Program-made: the position numbers and the translations under genes
Shown: positions 47,797 to 58,175 of the stretch, in pieces
Position numbering within the stretch: the stretch's first letter is position 1
Layout of the letters: each line of letters begins with the position of its first letter
Notes under the pieces: model-generated
What the model saw: the letters and a program-made list of their open reading frames with translations, nothing else
Database searches by the model: none
Told to the model about the DNA's origin: nothing
Assembly: GCA_032128375.1 (NCBI GenBank)
Contig: JAQBGU010000202.1
Coordinates: 25,620-89,619, forward strand
Length of the DNA stretch: 64,000 nucleotides
From: Deltaproteobacteria bacterium
Lineage (GTDB): Bacteria; Myxococcota_A; UBA9160; SMWR01
Direction of reading: 5' to 3'

Positions 47797-48744
47797 CTAG
47801 GAATCCGTCGTCGAGACCCGGGAACTTCCGTTGCTTTTCACAACCTTGGTCGCCAACGCAATCATCGAACTCACGTCCGACAGATTGGCGGGGATGACGA
47901 GCGTGTTGGCTTCCCGGGCCAGCCCACCGAACTGCTCCACGTATTGCTCGGCGATGCGAAGCTGCATGGCGGCCTCGCCTCCCTCGCCATTGAGAGAGAC
48001 GCCTACGCGACGGAGACCCTCTGCGGTCGCGCTGGCGATTGCCAGAATCGCAGCGGCCTGGCCCTCGGCTTCGTTGATCTGCCGCTGCTTGCTCGCCTCC
48101 GATGCCTTGATGACCCGCTGCTTCGCGCCATCGGCCTCGTTGATCTCGGCATCGCGGTGGCCCTCGGAAGTCAACACGACCGCGCGCTTTTCACGCTCAG
48201 CACGCATCTGCTTTTCCATGGCTGCAATCACATCTGGCGGGGGCTTGATGTTCTTGATCTCGTAGCGCAGGACCTTGACGCCCCATGACTCTGACGCCTT
48301 GTCGAGTTCAGCCACGATGTTCGCGTTGATGGCTGCGCGCTCGAGGAAAGTACGATCGAGATCGATCGTGCCGATCTCGCTGCGCAAGTTGGTCTGGGCG
48401 AGTTGTGAGATGGCAAACAGGTAGTCGCCAATTCCGTAACTGGCGCGCATGGGGTCGAGGACTTTGAGGTAGATGACACCGTCTACTGCGACCTGAACGT
48501 TGTCTCGGGTGATGCAGAGCTGCTCTTCGATGTCGATTGCGTGCTCCTTCAACGAGTGCTTGTACGCTGAACGCTCGAGAAATGGGATCAGGATGTGGAA
48601 CCCAGCATTCAGGGTGCGGCTGTACTTGCCGAGGTATTCGACCACGAAGGCGCTCTGTTGGGGTACGACGACGGCGGTCTTTGCCAGCAACACGACGACC
48701 ACCAATGCGATGACGAAGGCAACGATGAATAGTGAGTTTTCCAT
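47797..48744 (-). CDS. SPFH/stomatin-like (paraslipin/QmcA-like) protein
   Basis: N-terminal TM, CITRDNV, WGVKVLRYEI, MEKQMRAEREKRA. Confidence 0.93.
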   Translation of the reverse strand: MENSLFIVAFVIALVVVVLLAKTAVVVPQQSAFVVEYLGKYSRTLNAGFHILIPFLERSAYKHSLKEHAIDIEEQLCITRDNVQVAVDGVIYLKVLDPMRASYGIGDYLFAISQLAQTNLRSEIGTIDLDRTFLERAAINANIVAELDKASESWGVKVLRYEIKNIKPPPDVIAAMEKQMRAEREKRAVVLTSEGHRDAEINEADGAKQRVIKASEASKQRQINEAEGQAAAILAIASATAEGLRRVGVSLNGEGGEAAMQLRIAEQYVEQFGGLAREANTLVIPANLSDVSSMIALATKVVKSNGSSRVSTTDS

Positions 48745-48778
48745 GTCTCTCCTCTCTGTTGTTAGTTGCAGGTTGGTT

Positions 48779-49210
48779 CTAGGGTTCGAGTTGGATGTAG
48801 AGGGTCAGCCCCTCGCAGGACTTGACGAGTGCGCGGCCCCTGGCGGGTATCGGTGAATGGCCGATGTTCTTGGCGGCCCAGGTGGTTCCGCGCAACTCGA
48901 CGTGGCCGCGTTCGCCAATGCCGATCGAATCGAGCGCGATGCCAGTTTCACCTACCACGCCAGCCTCGATCTCGAGCGGGTTCCCGCGGAGTTTCTGGTA
49001 GAGCTTGCGTCGAAAGACGATCGTGCTGCCGCCGGCAAGCGTCGCGAACAGAAGCCACTGGCCCCACAGCGGAAATGAGTACAGAGCGAAGCCGTTGAGA
49101 CCCACGGCGATGGCCGAGACCCCGATGAAGATCAAGTAGAATTCGCTGTCGATGATGGTCTCGGCTGCCAGGATCACAGCTCCAAGTACCACCCACTGCC
49201 ACCACTCCAT
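48779..49210 (-). CDS. NfeD family protein
   Basis: TM segments plus GHVELRGTTWAA OB domain; adjacent to SPFH. Confidence 0.9.
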   Translation of the reverse strand: MEWWQWVVLGAVILAAETIIDSEFYLIFIGVSAIAVGLNGFALYSFPLWGQWLLFATLAGGSTIVFRRKLYQKLRGNPLEIEAGVVGETGIALDSIGIGERGHVELRGTTWAAKNIGHSPIPARGRALVKSCEGLTLYIQLEP

Positions 49211-49428
49211 CGCGATTCCTCCCCCCTGAGCCAGTCAAGGGCTCTCAGAATCGGCCACGCGGTGGCATCACGCCACTACGAAGTGTGTTGATGTTTGTAA
49301 CCACCGATCACGAATACGCAGCAATGGCGAGGACCTGGCAAGAGGACTCGAAGCGGCCCGGGTTCATTGCGTCTTTCGAACACAAGTGGGCGCGTTGCGG
49401 ATCGGCGCTTCATATAAGAGCGCTGCCG

Positions 49429-50292
49429 CTACCCCTTGTGCAGGCGGATCAAACCTTCCTGCACGACCGATGCGACCAATCGACCGTCCTGCGAATAAAC
49501 GAGCCCGCGATTGAATCCCCGCCCGCCGGATGCCGATGGGCTGTCCTGGACGAACAGCAGCCATTCATCCGCGCGGAATCGGTGATGGAACCAGATCGAG
49601 TGGTCCAGGCTCGCCGATTGGAAGTTTGGGTTCATCCACGACACGCCGTGGGGTAGCAAGCATGTATCGAGCATGTTGAGGTCCGAGGCATAGGCGAGCA
49701 CACATTGGTGCAGCTGGTCGTCGTCCGGCATCCGACCCGAAGCGCGCAGCCAAACAGCCAGGTGGGGGGCCAGCTTCTCGGGCTCGATCGGGTCGATGGG
49801 GCTGACCAGGCGCTGCTCGATCGGCTGAGGCGCGTCGAGCCACTGGCGGTACTCGACCGGTATTCGCTCGCGAATCTTCTCATCAAACATGCCGGGATCC
49901 GGTGTCTCGTGCGGAGCAGGGACATTGTCGGGCATCGGCGTCTGGTGTTCGAGGCCGGATTCCTCCACCTGGTAAGACACCGACATGCTGAAAATGGCCT
50001 GACCATGCTGGATTGCGACGACGCGGCGAGTCGCAAAGCTGCGACCGTCGCGAATCCGGTCGACTTCGTACAGGATCGGAACCTTGGGGTCGCCCGGCCG
50101 CAAAAAATCACCCTTGAGAGAGTGGACATGGCGGTCTACGACGGTGCGATTGGCGGCAACCAACGCCTGCCCGACCACCTGCCCACCGAACACCCGCTGG
50201 GAACGCTCTTGCGGACTGCGCCCACGAAACAGATTTCGTTCGATCTCCTCGAGGTCGAGTATTTCGATTAGGGATTGCAAAGGTGTGGTCAA
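49429..50292 (-). CDS. tesB: Acyl-CoA thioesterase II
   Basis: VFGGQV, RIRDGRSF, LAYASD, SLDHSIWFH, SVVQEGLIR. Confidence 0.93.
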   Translation of the reverse strand: MTTPLQSLIEILDLEEIERNLFRGRSPQERSQRVFGGQVVGQALVAANRTVVDRHVHSLKGDFLRPGDPKVPILYEVDRIRDGRSFATRRVVAIQHGQAIFSMSVSYQVEESGLEHQTPMPDNVPAPHETPDPGMFDEKIRERIPVEYRQWLDAPQPIEQRLVSPIDPIEPEKLAPHLAVWLRASGRMPDDDQLHQCVLAYASDLNMLDTCLLPHGVSWMNPNFQSASLDHSIWFHHRFRADEWLLFVQDSPSASGGRGFNRGLVYSQDGRLVASVVQEGLIRLHKG

Positions 50293-50589
50293 AGCGGACT
50301 CGATAGATTGAGCGAAGAAATGGACTGGCGCGATTGCCGCAGACCGCCCGCCCCAGCATCAAGTGCGCACAGGGCGAGGCATGGAACAGGGATGACTGCG
50401 CTCAGCGAATGCCCGAGAACCTGGCGCTGAACGCTGGGCTCGATCGCCAGCGGAAGGTGATCAGCCGCTTTCGATCAATAAGGCGAGCTGGGACGGCTCG
50501 CTCGAGTTGTTCTTGCGATTCAAAGATGCGATTGAAGGTTTTCCTCGCTGATCAGCTCGAGTATGCAGCGGGCAGTTCTGCCTCGGAAC

Positions 50590-50706
50590 TCACTTGATTA
50601 TGGAGCTACTCTTAGCTTTCTTGGCCTTCTTGTCTTTGCGCTTTTCTTTCAACGTTTTTTCGGATTTTTTCTTGACGGATTTCTGAGCATCTTTTCCCTT
50701 AGCCAT
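50590..50706 (-). CDS. 38-aa lysine-rich small protein MAKGKDAQKSVKKKSEKTLKEKRKDKKAKKAKSSSIIK
   Basis: AGGAG SD before ATG; clean open frame; too short for the ORF track. Confidence 0.75.
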   Translation of the reverse strand: MAKGKDAQKSVKKKSEKTLKEKRKDKKAKKAKSSSIIK

Positions 50707-50850
50707 GGGTTTCTCCTACGTTTGGATCCTTCGTTTCGAGTATCGGTCGGCGTATCGGTCGGAATAGTTGCCTTGGTCGACCAGGGATGCTTGTTGAGCA
50801 TACTTTCATCATACCGGGGCGCGCGGAAGTACACTAGCCGGACGCGCGTT

Positions 50851-51141
50851 TCTCGGCGCCAGGCGCTGCGAGATTGGGCGGATTTTCTCCACATCCGAGA
50901 AATCGCCAGTGCTGTGGTCCCCGGCTCACACGACGATCACCCCCTACGAAAACGCGGCCGGCGGTTCTCCGCGGTATCTCCATCTGTACGAGATCGACAC
51001 GCCGACGCAGGCCGGGCCTTCGAGCAGATGGCGCCCCACAGCATTGAACGACTGCGTTCGGTCGTAGCGTGGATGGGGCATCCCGAGCTGCAGATCGACT
51101 ACATCAATGCCTTTACGCGCATCGGCGACCTGCATCGCTGA
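50851..51141 (+). pseudogene. Frameshifted 3' remnant of an unnamed protein
   Basis: QALRDWADFLHIREIA / ITPYENAAGGSPRYLHLYEID / AFEQM...HPELQIDYINAF across frames; no start. Confidence 0.45.
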
Positions 51142-51265
51142 CAGCGACGGGCGAGGGGAGTTGATGCGTTTCGCGCGCGCCAATGGTCGCTTCCGCAGTG
51201 GCGTGTTCGGTGGACTTCCTGTTCCGGTCGGCGCCCAGTTGAGGATTCGAATCCGTTCGAGGGCT

Positions 51266-51691
51266 GTGCTGCACACGGTTCGGTGGATCCTGGTCGCGCT
51301 GCTCTGTATTGCCGGCTGTGCGAGTTCGCAGCTCGCAGGGGCGCCCTTGAGCGAAGCCGACTTCGAACGCTGGTCGGTCCACGTACTCACGTCGGATGCC
51401 GATGGTGACCGGCGCAAGACCCGCGTCTGGATCGCCGCGGTTGGGGGGACTCCCTACGTGCGCACATCGCGGACAAGATGGTGGAAAAACATCGAGCGCG
51501 GATCGGAGACGCGAATCCTGTCAGCCGGTCGTGAGTATCCGGTCTCGATCGAAGAGGTCGAGGACCCGTCGCTGCGGACGAAAATCGACGAAGCCTTCAC
51601 GGTGAAATATGGCTGGCTCGGCAAGCTGGTGATCGACGAGAAGCGCGCGCAGAGCGATGACCCGTACCTTCGCCTGATCGCTGCGCGGTAG
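51266..51691 (+). CDS. DUF2255-like lipoprotein (similar to 6618-7079)
   Basis: IAGC lipobox; TRVW...YVRT...RWWKNI...FTVKYG. Confidence 0.7.
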   Translation: MLHTVRWILVALLCIAGCASSQLAGAPLSEADFERWSVHVLTSDADGDRRKTRVWIAAVGGTPYVRTSRTRWWKNIERGSETRILSAGREYPVSIEEVEDPSLRTKIDEAFTVKYGWLGKLVIDEKRAQSDDPYLRLIAAR

Positions 51692-51956
51692 GGTTCACTG
51701 AGATGGGACGAGTCCGGTTTCCCGGCGGCAAGCCGAGCCTGGGCGCCATCACCAATGAATGGGCCTTTTTGGCCCCAATACTGGGCGAACAAACTCCGAA
51801 GCGTTCCGATTTTTTCGGTGCCTCAAAGATCCGACGCGGCGCCATCTGCTTTGCTCAGCCAAAACGGGCCGCAGCCTAAAATCGTTAGAACACCGAACGA
51901 AAACATTGGCTTCATCTGCCGGGATTCCGATGAGGAATCTCACGTCGAACAGCGAG

Positions 51957-52898
51957 ATGAAACTCATGGCGCGTCGGATACTCACAGTGGCAATCGCTTG
52001 GCTCATCACCTCGAGCCTGTCGGGGATGGCCCACGCGCTTGCGATCGGCAGTTTCACGTCGGCGTGGACGGCTATCGAATACGCCGGTCTCGACCCCGAT
52101 CCCAACAGCGATCAGCAGACCGGGCAGCGAGAGTCCGACATCGTCGGCACGGATCTGGTTCCCGCTATCTACACCCAGTTCGATGACAACGGCACGCTCG
52201 GCGACAACACGGACGACACGATCGCATTCCGTTTCCGGATGTCGACGGAATTGAATCCTGCTGGTTTTGGCCGCGTTCTGCTGGTGGGAATCGACGCATC
52301 GCCCGGCGACGCGAACGAGCGGATCGATCTGTACATGATCATGAGTAACAGCGGCGGCTCGGACAGCGTCCAGCTCTACGATCCGGGTGCGCAGGCGAAC
52401 ACCTCACCGAACACGACCAGCACCACGGCCATCGCGGGGACGGAAGTCAGCCATACCGCTCTCAACTACGACTGGAGCGCTGTGGACAGAACACCCATTA
52501 CCGGCAATTGTGACGCGGACTGCACGCTGGAGGCTGACGACGACGTCGATCTGGACAACAACGGAATCGACTTCTTCCTGTCGTTCTCCTACTCGTTTCA
52601 GGCAATCATCGACGAGTTGGCGAATAACGGGGTGTTGGGCATCGATGAAGACAGTGCCTTCAGCTACGTCTTCGGTTCCTCGACGCAGGTCAATGCCTTC
52701 AATCAGGATCTCGGAGGTGTCGACGACACCATCCGGGATGGCAACCTGAGCTGGTCAGCGCTGGGTGCGACATCGAATATCTACTCTGCTTCGGGCGTCG
52801 CCATTCCGGAGCCCGGGACTGCACCGCTACTGGCCTTGGGGATCGTCGTCCTAGCGCACCGTGCCCGGCAGCGACGCCACCCAAGCTCGCCCAGCTAG
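51957..52898 (+). CDS. PEP-CTERM surface protein, Asp/Asn/Ser/Thr-rich
   Basis: Signal peptide (AHA); C-terminal IPEPGT + TM + RARQRR. Confidence 0.9.
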   Translation: MKLMARRILTVAIAWLITSSLSGMAHALAIGSFTSAWTAIEYAGLDPDPNSDQQTGQRESDIVGTDLVPAIYTQFDDNGTLGDNTDDTIAFRFRMSTELNPAGFGRVLLVGIDASPGDANERIDLYMIMSNSGGSDSVQLYDPGAQANTSPNTTSTTAIAGTEVSHTALNYDWSAVDRTPITGNCDADCTLEADDDVDLDNNGIDFFLSFSYSFQAIIDELANNGVLGIDEDSAFSYVFGSSTQVNAFNQDLGGVDDTIRDGNLSWSALGATSNIYSASGVAIPEPGTAPLLALGIVVLAHRARQRRHPSSPS

Positions 52899-53030
52899 AA
52901 AAAACCTTCGCCAGACCCTTCTGCTTCCCCTTCATCGCTTCGGGTGCGAGCGCCCCCTCGAAAACTCGCGTCCGCGCCGACAAGAGAGATGCCGAATGCG
53001 CACCGCCGCCGTGCTTTCGCGCCGGTGCCC

Positions 53031-53405
53031 TCATCGCCACTCCATCTGCACGATGCGCTGCGCGGTGGAGATGCCCTTGAGCACTTCCTCTCTTTCTGCG
53101 CCGAACGAGATGTCGCCGGTGCTCGAAGTGAGCTCGCGCACGATCGCGGAGGCGAGGCGCCGTTTGCCGAGCCGGCGATGCGCGCGGCGAGGATCGCCGT
53201 CTTGCCGAAACACTTGTCTGCGTCCTTGAGGGCTTCACCCGTGTGGACACCGATTCGTACGCGAATCGGTGTGTCCGGTCGCTCTTCGTTGTAGCGAGCG
53301 AAGGCGCGCTGGATCTCGATGGCGCAAAGAAGCCCTTGACGGGCGCTCCCGAATGCGAGCAGGAAACCGTCGCCCTGAAGTTCCACCTCCTGGCCGCCGT
53401 GACGG
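53031..53405 (-). pseudogene. Class III adenylate/guanylate cyclase C-terminal remnant
   Basis: HGGQEVELQGDGFLLAF...VRIGVHTGE...AARI, frameshift, then VLKGI; N-terminus absent. Confidence 0.8.
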
Positions 53406-53689
53406 GCTCGCTATCGGAACCCATTGTCATTGCGGGGAACATTCTGCCGAAGTGCCGGCGCGAATCAAAATCGAGCCGCCATCAGCGCCCTTGGAAGCGT
53501 GATCTCGGCGTTGAGGCTTGGCTAGCGGATCGGGGCGTTAGGGCGCAATGTCATCGAAATACGGGGTCGGTCATGCGATACCGCCGCCCGCAGTTTCTTC
53601 ATGGCCTGAGAGAATCGCCGGTGTGTGCGCAGCAAGACTTCGGAAGTCTCTTACCCCGACTTTGGTGATTCGGCTCGGAGTCTTCTCCG

Positions 53690-53950
53690 CTAGAGCAACG
53701 AAGCGAGTTCCCCGTACTGCTCGTTGAGCTCTTCCATCATTGCATCGAGCTCGTCCAGCTCATCTTCGGAAGCGTGGGCCTTGCGCCGAATTCGGGCGAC
53801 CCGCCTGAAAAGCTGCTTGAATTGATCCTCGATTTCCTCCCAGACGGCCCGCGCCTCGAAGTTGCCTGTGCCGATCGAATCCGCGTACTCGGAGTGCAGC
53901 TCCATAAAGCCATCGAAGTCATCCAGAAACAGCTCGATTCGAGAATCCAC
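53690..53950 (-). CDS. Small acidic helical hypothetical protein (86 aa)
   Basis: GGAGGAG SD before GTG; protein-like composition. Confidence 0.6.
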   Translation of the reverse strand: MDSRIELFLDDFDGFMELHSEYADSIGTGNFEARAVWEEIEDQFKQLFRRVARIRRKAHASEDELDELDAMMEELNEQYGELASLL

Positions 53951-54639
53951 CAGTCTAACTCCTCCCATCCTTTCGATTCGCGCAGGGCCGATCTCGATCC
54001 CAACGCGATTGTGAGGGCTTCGTTTTTCCAAATGGCCACTCGGGCCGGCTCGGTCTCTTGCCGGCCCGAACGCCCAACCGATGACCGAGAGCGCCCAGCA
54101 GCTTGCCATCGCCGTTGCACTCGTCGGCGGAAGTCCTGCAGCGGTGTCCCGGGTCGTGCGCAATTTGCCGAGCCGCACGATTGGCGAAATTGGTCGAAAT
54201 CAAGCGGGACCTGCGGCGCAGCGTGGATATCACCCGAATGCGCGGAAAGATCCGATGGCGAAAGTGGATACGAACCGGACTGTGATCGCATCCGGACCGG
54301 TGGAACGCTTCTCAGCCATCCTTGTATCGTGGAGTGGTTGAGGCGAACCCATCGGAGCGCAGAGAGTCAACAGCAAGACCCCGGCTTGGGTGGGGGCTCA
54401 CTCGCTTCTCGGGCAACGATTCCTTGGGTAGTTGCTTCGCGCGAATGCGGATGGGTCTGCGCCGCCTTGGCCTCGTGCCCATCCACTCCGCGGAGCAGAA
54501 CGTAATTCCGATATACCCCAGATTCTGGAAGTTGCAAACAGCCCCAAAAGTCCATGACCTAGCGAGTCGTGGAGGTCCACGGCCGCCTCCTCGGCCTTCC
54601 CACACACGAAACCGCAATGTCGGATCCATGCCAACGTGG

Positions 54640-55623
54640 TCAGCCTTCAGTGACCTCACTGCCAGATCCCGGGTAGCGAGAACGCAGCATCGTCATGATG
54701 TGCCCGATCACGGTACGGGCGGAGACTTCGAACGAGGCATTGTTGATGATCGGTACGCTGTGTTGCTCCGCGCGATCCGCGAGATGCCGCTGGATTTCCA
54801 GAATCGCATCGAAGTTCGCGAGATAGCGATCCGGTAGCCGTCGAGGTTGGCCCGTAGCTCGGGCGACGAAGCGGTTGCGAAGCTCGTCTTCCTCGACGGC
54901 GATCACCAGGAAGACCACGTCCGCCTTTCCAGCATATCCGTCCAGGTCGATGAGGCCCGGAGCGATGGAGACGCCGTCGATCACGAGATGGGTGCTTTCC
55001 TCGACCGTCCTGTCGAGCGACGCCGTGACCCCGACGCCTACTGCTGTCGCCTGGGCGCGGAAACCCGCAATCACATCGGGTTGGTTGCCGTCGTCGCTCG
55101 GCAACAGCTTGTAGGCGTCGTATGAGGAGCCGTAGATCGCCGGTACCAGCGTTCGCGAGAGCAGGACCCGCATGATCTGGCGGATCGAGTCGGTCGACAG
55201 TACGCGTCCGATGCCCAGGCGTCTCGCAACCTCCAAAGCGAGCGCACTCTTGCCGACCCCAGACGATCCGCCCAGAAGCAGGACCAGAGGCCGGTCGTGC
55301 GTCTGATGGCGTCTCCAGAGCAGGTAGCGCTCAGCAGGTTCGTTGCCCATCTCCGCGCGCAGCGCGCGACAGGTCAGTTCACGAAGCTCGCGACGAGAGA
55401 TTTCCCGTGCGCCCGAGGACATCATCTCAATTTCGATCCGTCGCGCCAGGGAGAATGCTTCATCGGGATCTATGGCCGTTGCCAGGAGCGACTGGGAGAG
55501 CACCCCTTTTGAGAAGGGCGTCATGCTTCTTCCGGCTGTGACGAGTATCCCACCCGACGATGGCCGAGACAGTGGACGTTGGGGTTGGGGTGGGCGGCTC
55601 GACATCCGGGACCTGAGGTTCAT
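54640..55623 (-). CDS. 2-phosphoglycerate kinase-like protein (ATP-cone plus P-loop)
   Basis: PFSKGVLSQSL ATP-cone, GGSSGVGKS, STDSIRQIMR, SSY; start uncertain. Confidence 0.8.
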   Translation of the reverse strand: MNLRSRMSSRPPQPQRPLSRPSSGGILVTAGRSMTPFSKGVLSQSLLATAIDPDEAFSLARRIEIEMMSSGAREISRRELRELTCRALRAEMGNEPAERYLLWRRHQTHDRPLVLLLGGSSGVGKSALALEVARRLGIGRVLSTDSIRQIMRVLLSRTLVPAIYGSSYDAYKLLPSDDGNQPDVIAGFRAQATAVGVGVTASLDRTVEESTHLVIDGVSIAPGLIDLDGYAGKADVVFLVIAVEEDELRNRFVARATGQPRRLPDRYLANFDAILEIQRHLADRAEQHSVPIINNASFEVSARTVIGHIMTMLRSRYPGSGSEVTEG

Positions 55624-55909
55624 TCAAGTTCCGACGCGACTGTTTGGCCTCGGGGTTGTGCCCGTGGGTCGCGTCGAACGATGTCATCGTAATCGGCCAT
55701 TCCGGGGTGCGGCGCAAGACCCCGCTAGCAGTTTCAGCTCGGACGGAGGGATGTTTTTCGCGGTCGAATCGCTAGCCTCGGGGAGACTTGCGATCGGGGC
55801 TCGCAACGGGTACATGGCAGACGCGACTCGACGAGGTTTGTGGGCACTCGGCTCACATGTTCTGGGGCCAGCACGTTGCGTGCCGGCGCCGTTTCGGCCG
55901 GACAGCACG

Positions 55910-56415
55910 TACGCAATCGGATCGAGTACGCAAGCTCGCAACGAAGGTGCTCGATGACGATTATTTCATATGGTTGACCGGTGAGGGCGCTGCGGAGTTC
56001 GCGCTCGAACAGGATCACCTGTTCGTACCGAACCGGTACGTCAGTGCGCAGCGCCGGAGGGCACAATTGGACACTCAAGGGTTTCGGTCGAGTCGGAGAC
56101 AGTCCCATGATTGGGTGTGGCAGCTACGCAAACAACGCGAAACGTGCCGCCAGCTGTACCGGCAACGGAGAACTCATCCGGCACGCCGTTGCGCACGATT
56201 TGCACAGCCTTGTGGCGTATCGACACCTGAGTTTGAATGAGGCCCGCCACACGATTCTCGACGACCGCTTCTCCAACAATCCCGGAACCGGCGGATGGAT
56301 CGCAATCGATCGCGAAGGAAACGTCGACCGGGTCTTCAATACCGCTGGGATGTATCGGGACTGGATTCGCGTGGCTGACTCTGTGCCCCACGTCGCCATC
56401 TACGCTGGAGAGTGA
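55910..56415 (+). pseudogene. Isoaspartyl peptidase/L-asparaginase (Ntn-hydrolase) remnant
   Basis: LTGEGAAEFA in one frame; GRVGDSPMIGCGSYA, SCTGNGE, FNTAGMYR in another; N-terminus and the catalytic TVG segment are missing. Confidence 0.75.
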
Positions 56416-57794
56416 GCAGGTTCGAAATCCCTTTGTTGCGTGGACCGAGGCAGCTGCGTTCTGACCTGAATTCCATGCTGGGTGACGGTTGCGCGTTCAG
56501 CGTGATGACCGGAGTTGGCGAGTCCTACGTAGCGGCATTCGCGCTCGCTCTGGGTTTCGGAGACATCGCCGCCGGCCTCATAACGACCGTTCCGATGCTC
56601 GCAGGTTCAGCGCTCCAACTGGTGACTCCTGCCGCAGTCGGGTGGTTGGGATCACATAAGCGTTGGGTCGTGCTCTGCGCGGTTCTGCAGGCCGCCACCT
56701 TCGCGCCGCTTGCGTGGGGTGCTCTCGCAGGAGCGCTGTCCCCGGTCCTTCTGTTCGCGACGATTTCCCTTTACTGGGCGTTGGGGATGGCGACGGGCCC
56801 GGCCTGGAATACGTGGGTGGGGGTCCTGGTTCCCGTGCGCTTGCGTGCGCGATTCTTTGCTCGTCGGGCAGTCTGGTCTCAGGTATCGATCCTCACCGGA
56901 CTGGCACTCGGTGGTGTATTGCTGCGACGTGGGGACGAGGCTGGGAAGGCCATCGAGGCCTTCGCGGCGATTTTCTTGATCGCGCTGGGGGCGCGCGTGG
57001 TATCCGCTGGCTTCCTCGCACGCCAGAGCGAGCCGACGCCCGTCCCGATCGGCGAGACGCGCGTGTCGCCGCGCGCGATCGGCGAGCACCTGCGCCAGGG
57101 CGGGCACGGCCCGCTGTTGGTGTACATGGTGGTTTTCCAGCTCAGCGTGTGGATCGCGGCGCCGTTTTTCACTCCGTATATGTTGGGTGTGCTGGAGCTC
57201 GACTACGTCGCGTTCGCGACCCTGACTGGATCGGCCTTCGTGGCCCGGATTGTGGCACTTCCCTTTCTTGGGCGGATGGCACGCGTTTGGGGAACGCGCC
57301 GGTTGTTATGGATCGGTAGTTCGGGGATCGTCACACTACCGGTGCTCTGGCTCGTTTCGAACCACTTCGCTTGGTTACTCGTCCTACAACTTGGATCGGG
57401 AGTCGTGTGGGGTACCTACGAGCTGGCTGCCCTGCTCGCGTTCTTCGAATATATTCCCGTACAGTCGCGAACCAGTGTTCTGACCGTTTACAATCTCGCC
57501 AATGCGGCGGCTCTCGCTGGCGGAAGCCTCGTTGGTGCGCTCCTGCTCGACGCCATGAGCGGATCGGCGGGAATCTACGCCGGGCTCTTTGCGTTGTCGA
57601 CGGGGGCACGCTTGACCAGCCTGTTGCTGTTGAGACGCGTCGTAGACGTGACCCCATCGGAATCTCGTGCGGTACCCCTTCGCACGCTCAGCCTGCGCCC
57701 GTCCTCAGGCTCCATTCAGCGACCGGTCCTGGTTGGTCTTCACGGCGACGCGACGAGTGCCGTGGAGGGGAGGGGCGATTCTCATTCTGAATAG
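56412..57794 (+). CDS. MFS transporter
   Basis: About 12 TM segments, GPAWNTW, APFFTPYML, GRMARVWGTRR. Confidence 0.85.
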   Translation: MSRFEIPLLRGPRQLRSDLNSMLGDGCAFSVMTGVGESYVAAFALALGFGDIAAGLITTVPMLAGSALQLVTPAAVGWLGSHKRWVVLCAVLQAATFAPLAWGALAGALSPVLLFATISLYWALGMATGPAWNTWVGVLVPVRLRARFFARRAVWSQVSILTGLALGGVLLRRGDEAGKAIEAFAAIFLIALGARVVSAGFLARQSEPTPVPIGETRVSPRAIGEHLRQGGHGPLLVYMVVFQLSVWIAAPFFTPYMLGVLELDYVAFATLTGSAFVARIVALPFLGRMARVWGTRRLLWIGSSGIVTLPVLWLVSNHFAWLLVLQLGSGVVWGTYELAALLAFFEYIPVQSRTSVLTVYNLANAAALAGGSLVGALLLDAMSGSAGIYAGLFALSTGARLTSLLLLRRVVDVTPSESRAVPLRTLSLRPSSGSIQRPVLVGLHGDATSAVEGRGDSHSE

Positions 57795-58175
57795 TGTCAC
57801 CTGTGGAGGACGACTTCGACCCTGAAGCGCCTGCGTTCCCGGGAATGGAAAGATTGGAGTCCGGTGTCCTCTGGCGATAGCACGGGACGCATTTTCCACG
57901 CGACGCGAGATCCAGCGACGGGCTCGACGCGCGAATTGTGACTTCCCAGCAAACGCATTGGCGTCCGTCAGGACAGGGACCAAGCCGAGATCGAGATTGA
58001 TTCTATCTGCACTGCGGCGCGAAACTGCGTATCGAGAAGATGGCGAATTGCACATCTGTTCCCGCAGAAAGTCGCGGGCGGGAAGCCCGATTCTCGGGAT
58101 TGCTGTTTGCTCGCCGTCTTCGGTTCGGAGTCGACGAATCGGTCGCGCCGCGCAGAGTCGGGCGCAGTCCGTCCG

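Noticed and set aside
50563..51141. 192-aa + strand ORF with a Phe-rich pseudo-TM segment
   Set aside because: The hydrophobic part is the antisense shadow of the Lys-rich microprotein; the rest is a frameshifted remnant
51815..51925. PEP-CTERM box and sigma-54 promoter upstream of the PEP-CTERM gene
   Set aside because: Only a partial AAAGATCCGAC match, and the GG-to-GC spacing is 8 rather than 10 nt
53951..54639. About 690-bp gene-free stretch as a possible riboswitch or ncRNA
   Set aside because: No recognisable consensus by eye; an Rfam/Infernal scan would be needed
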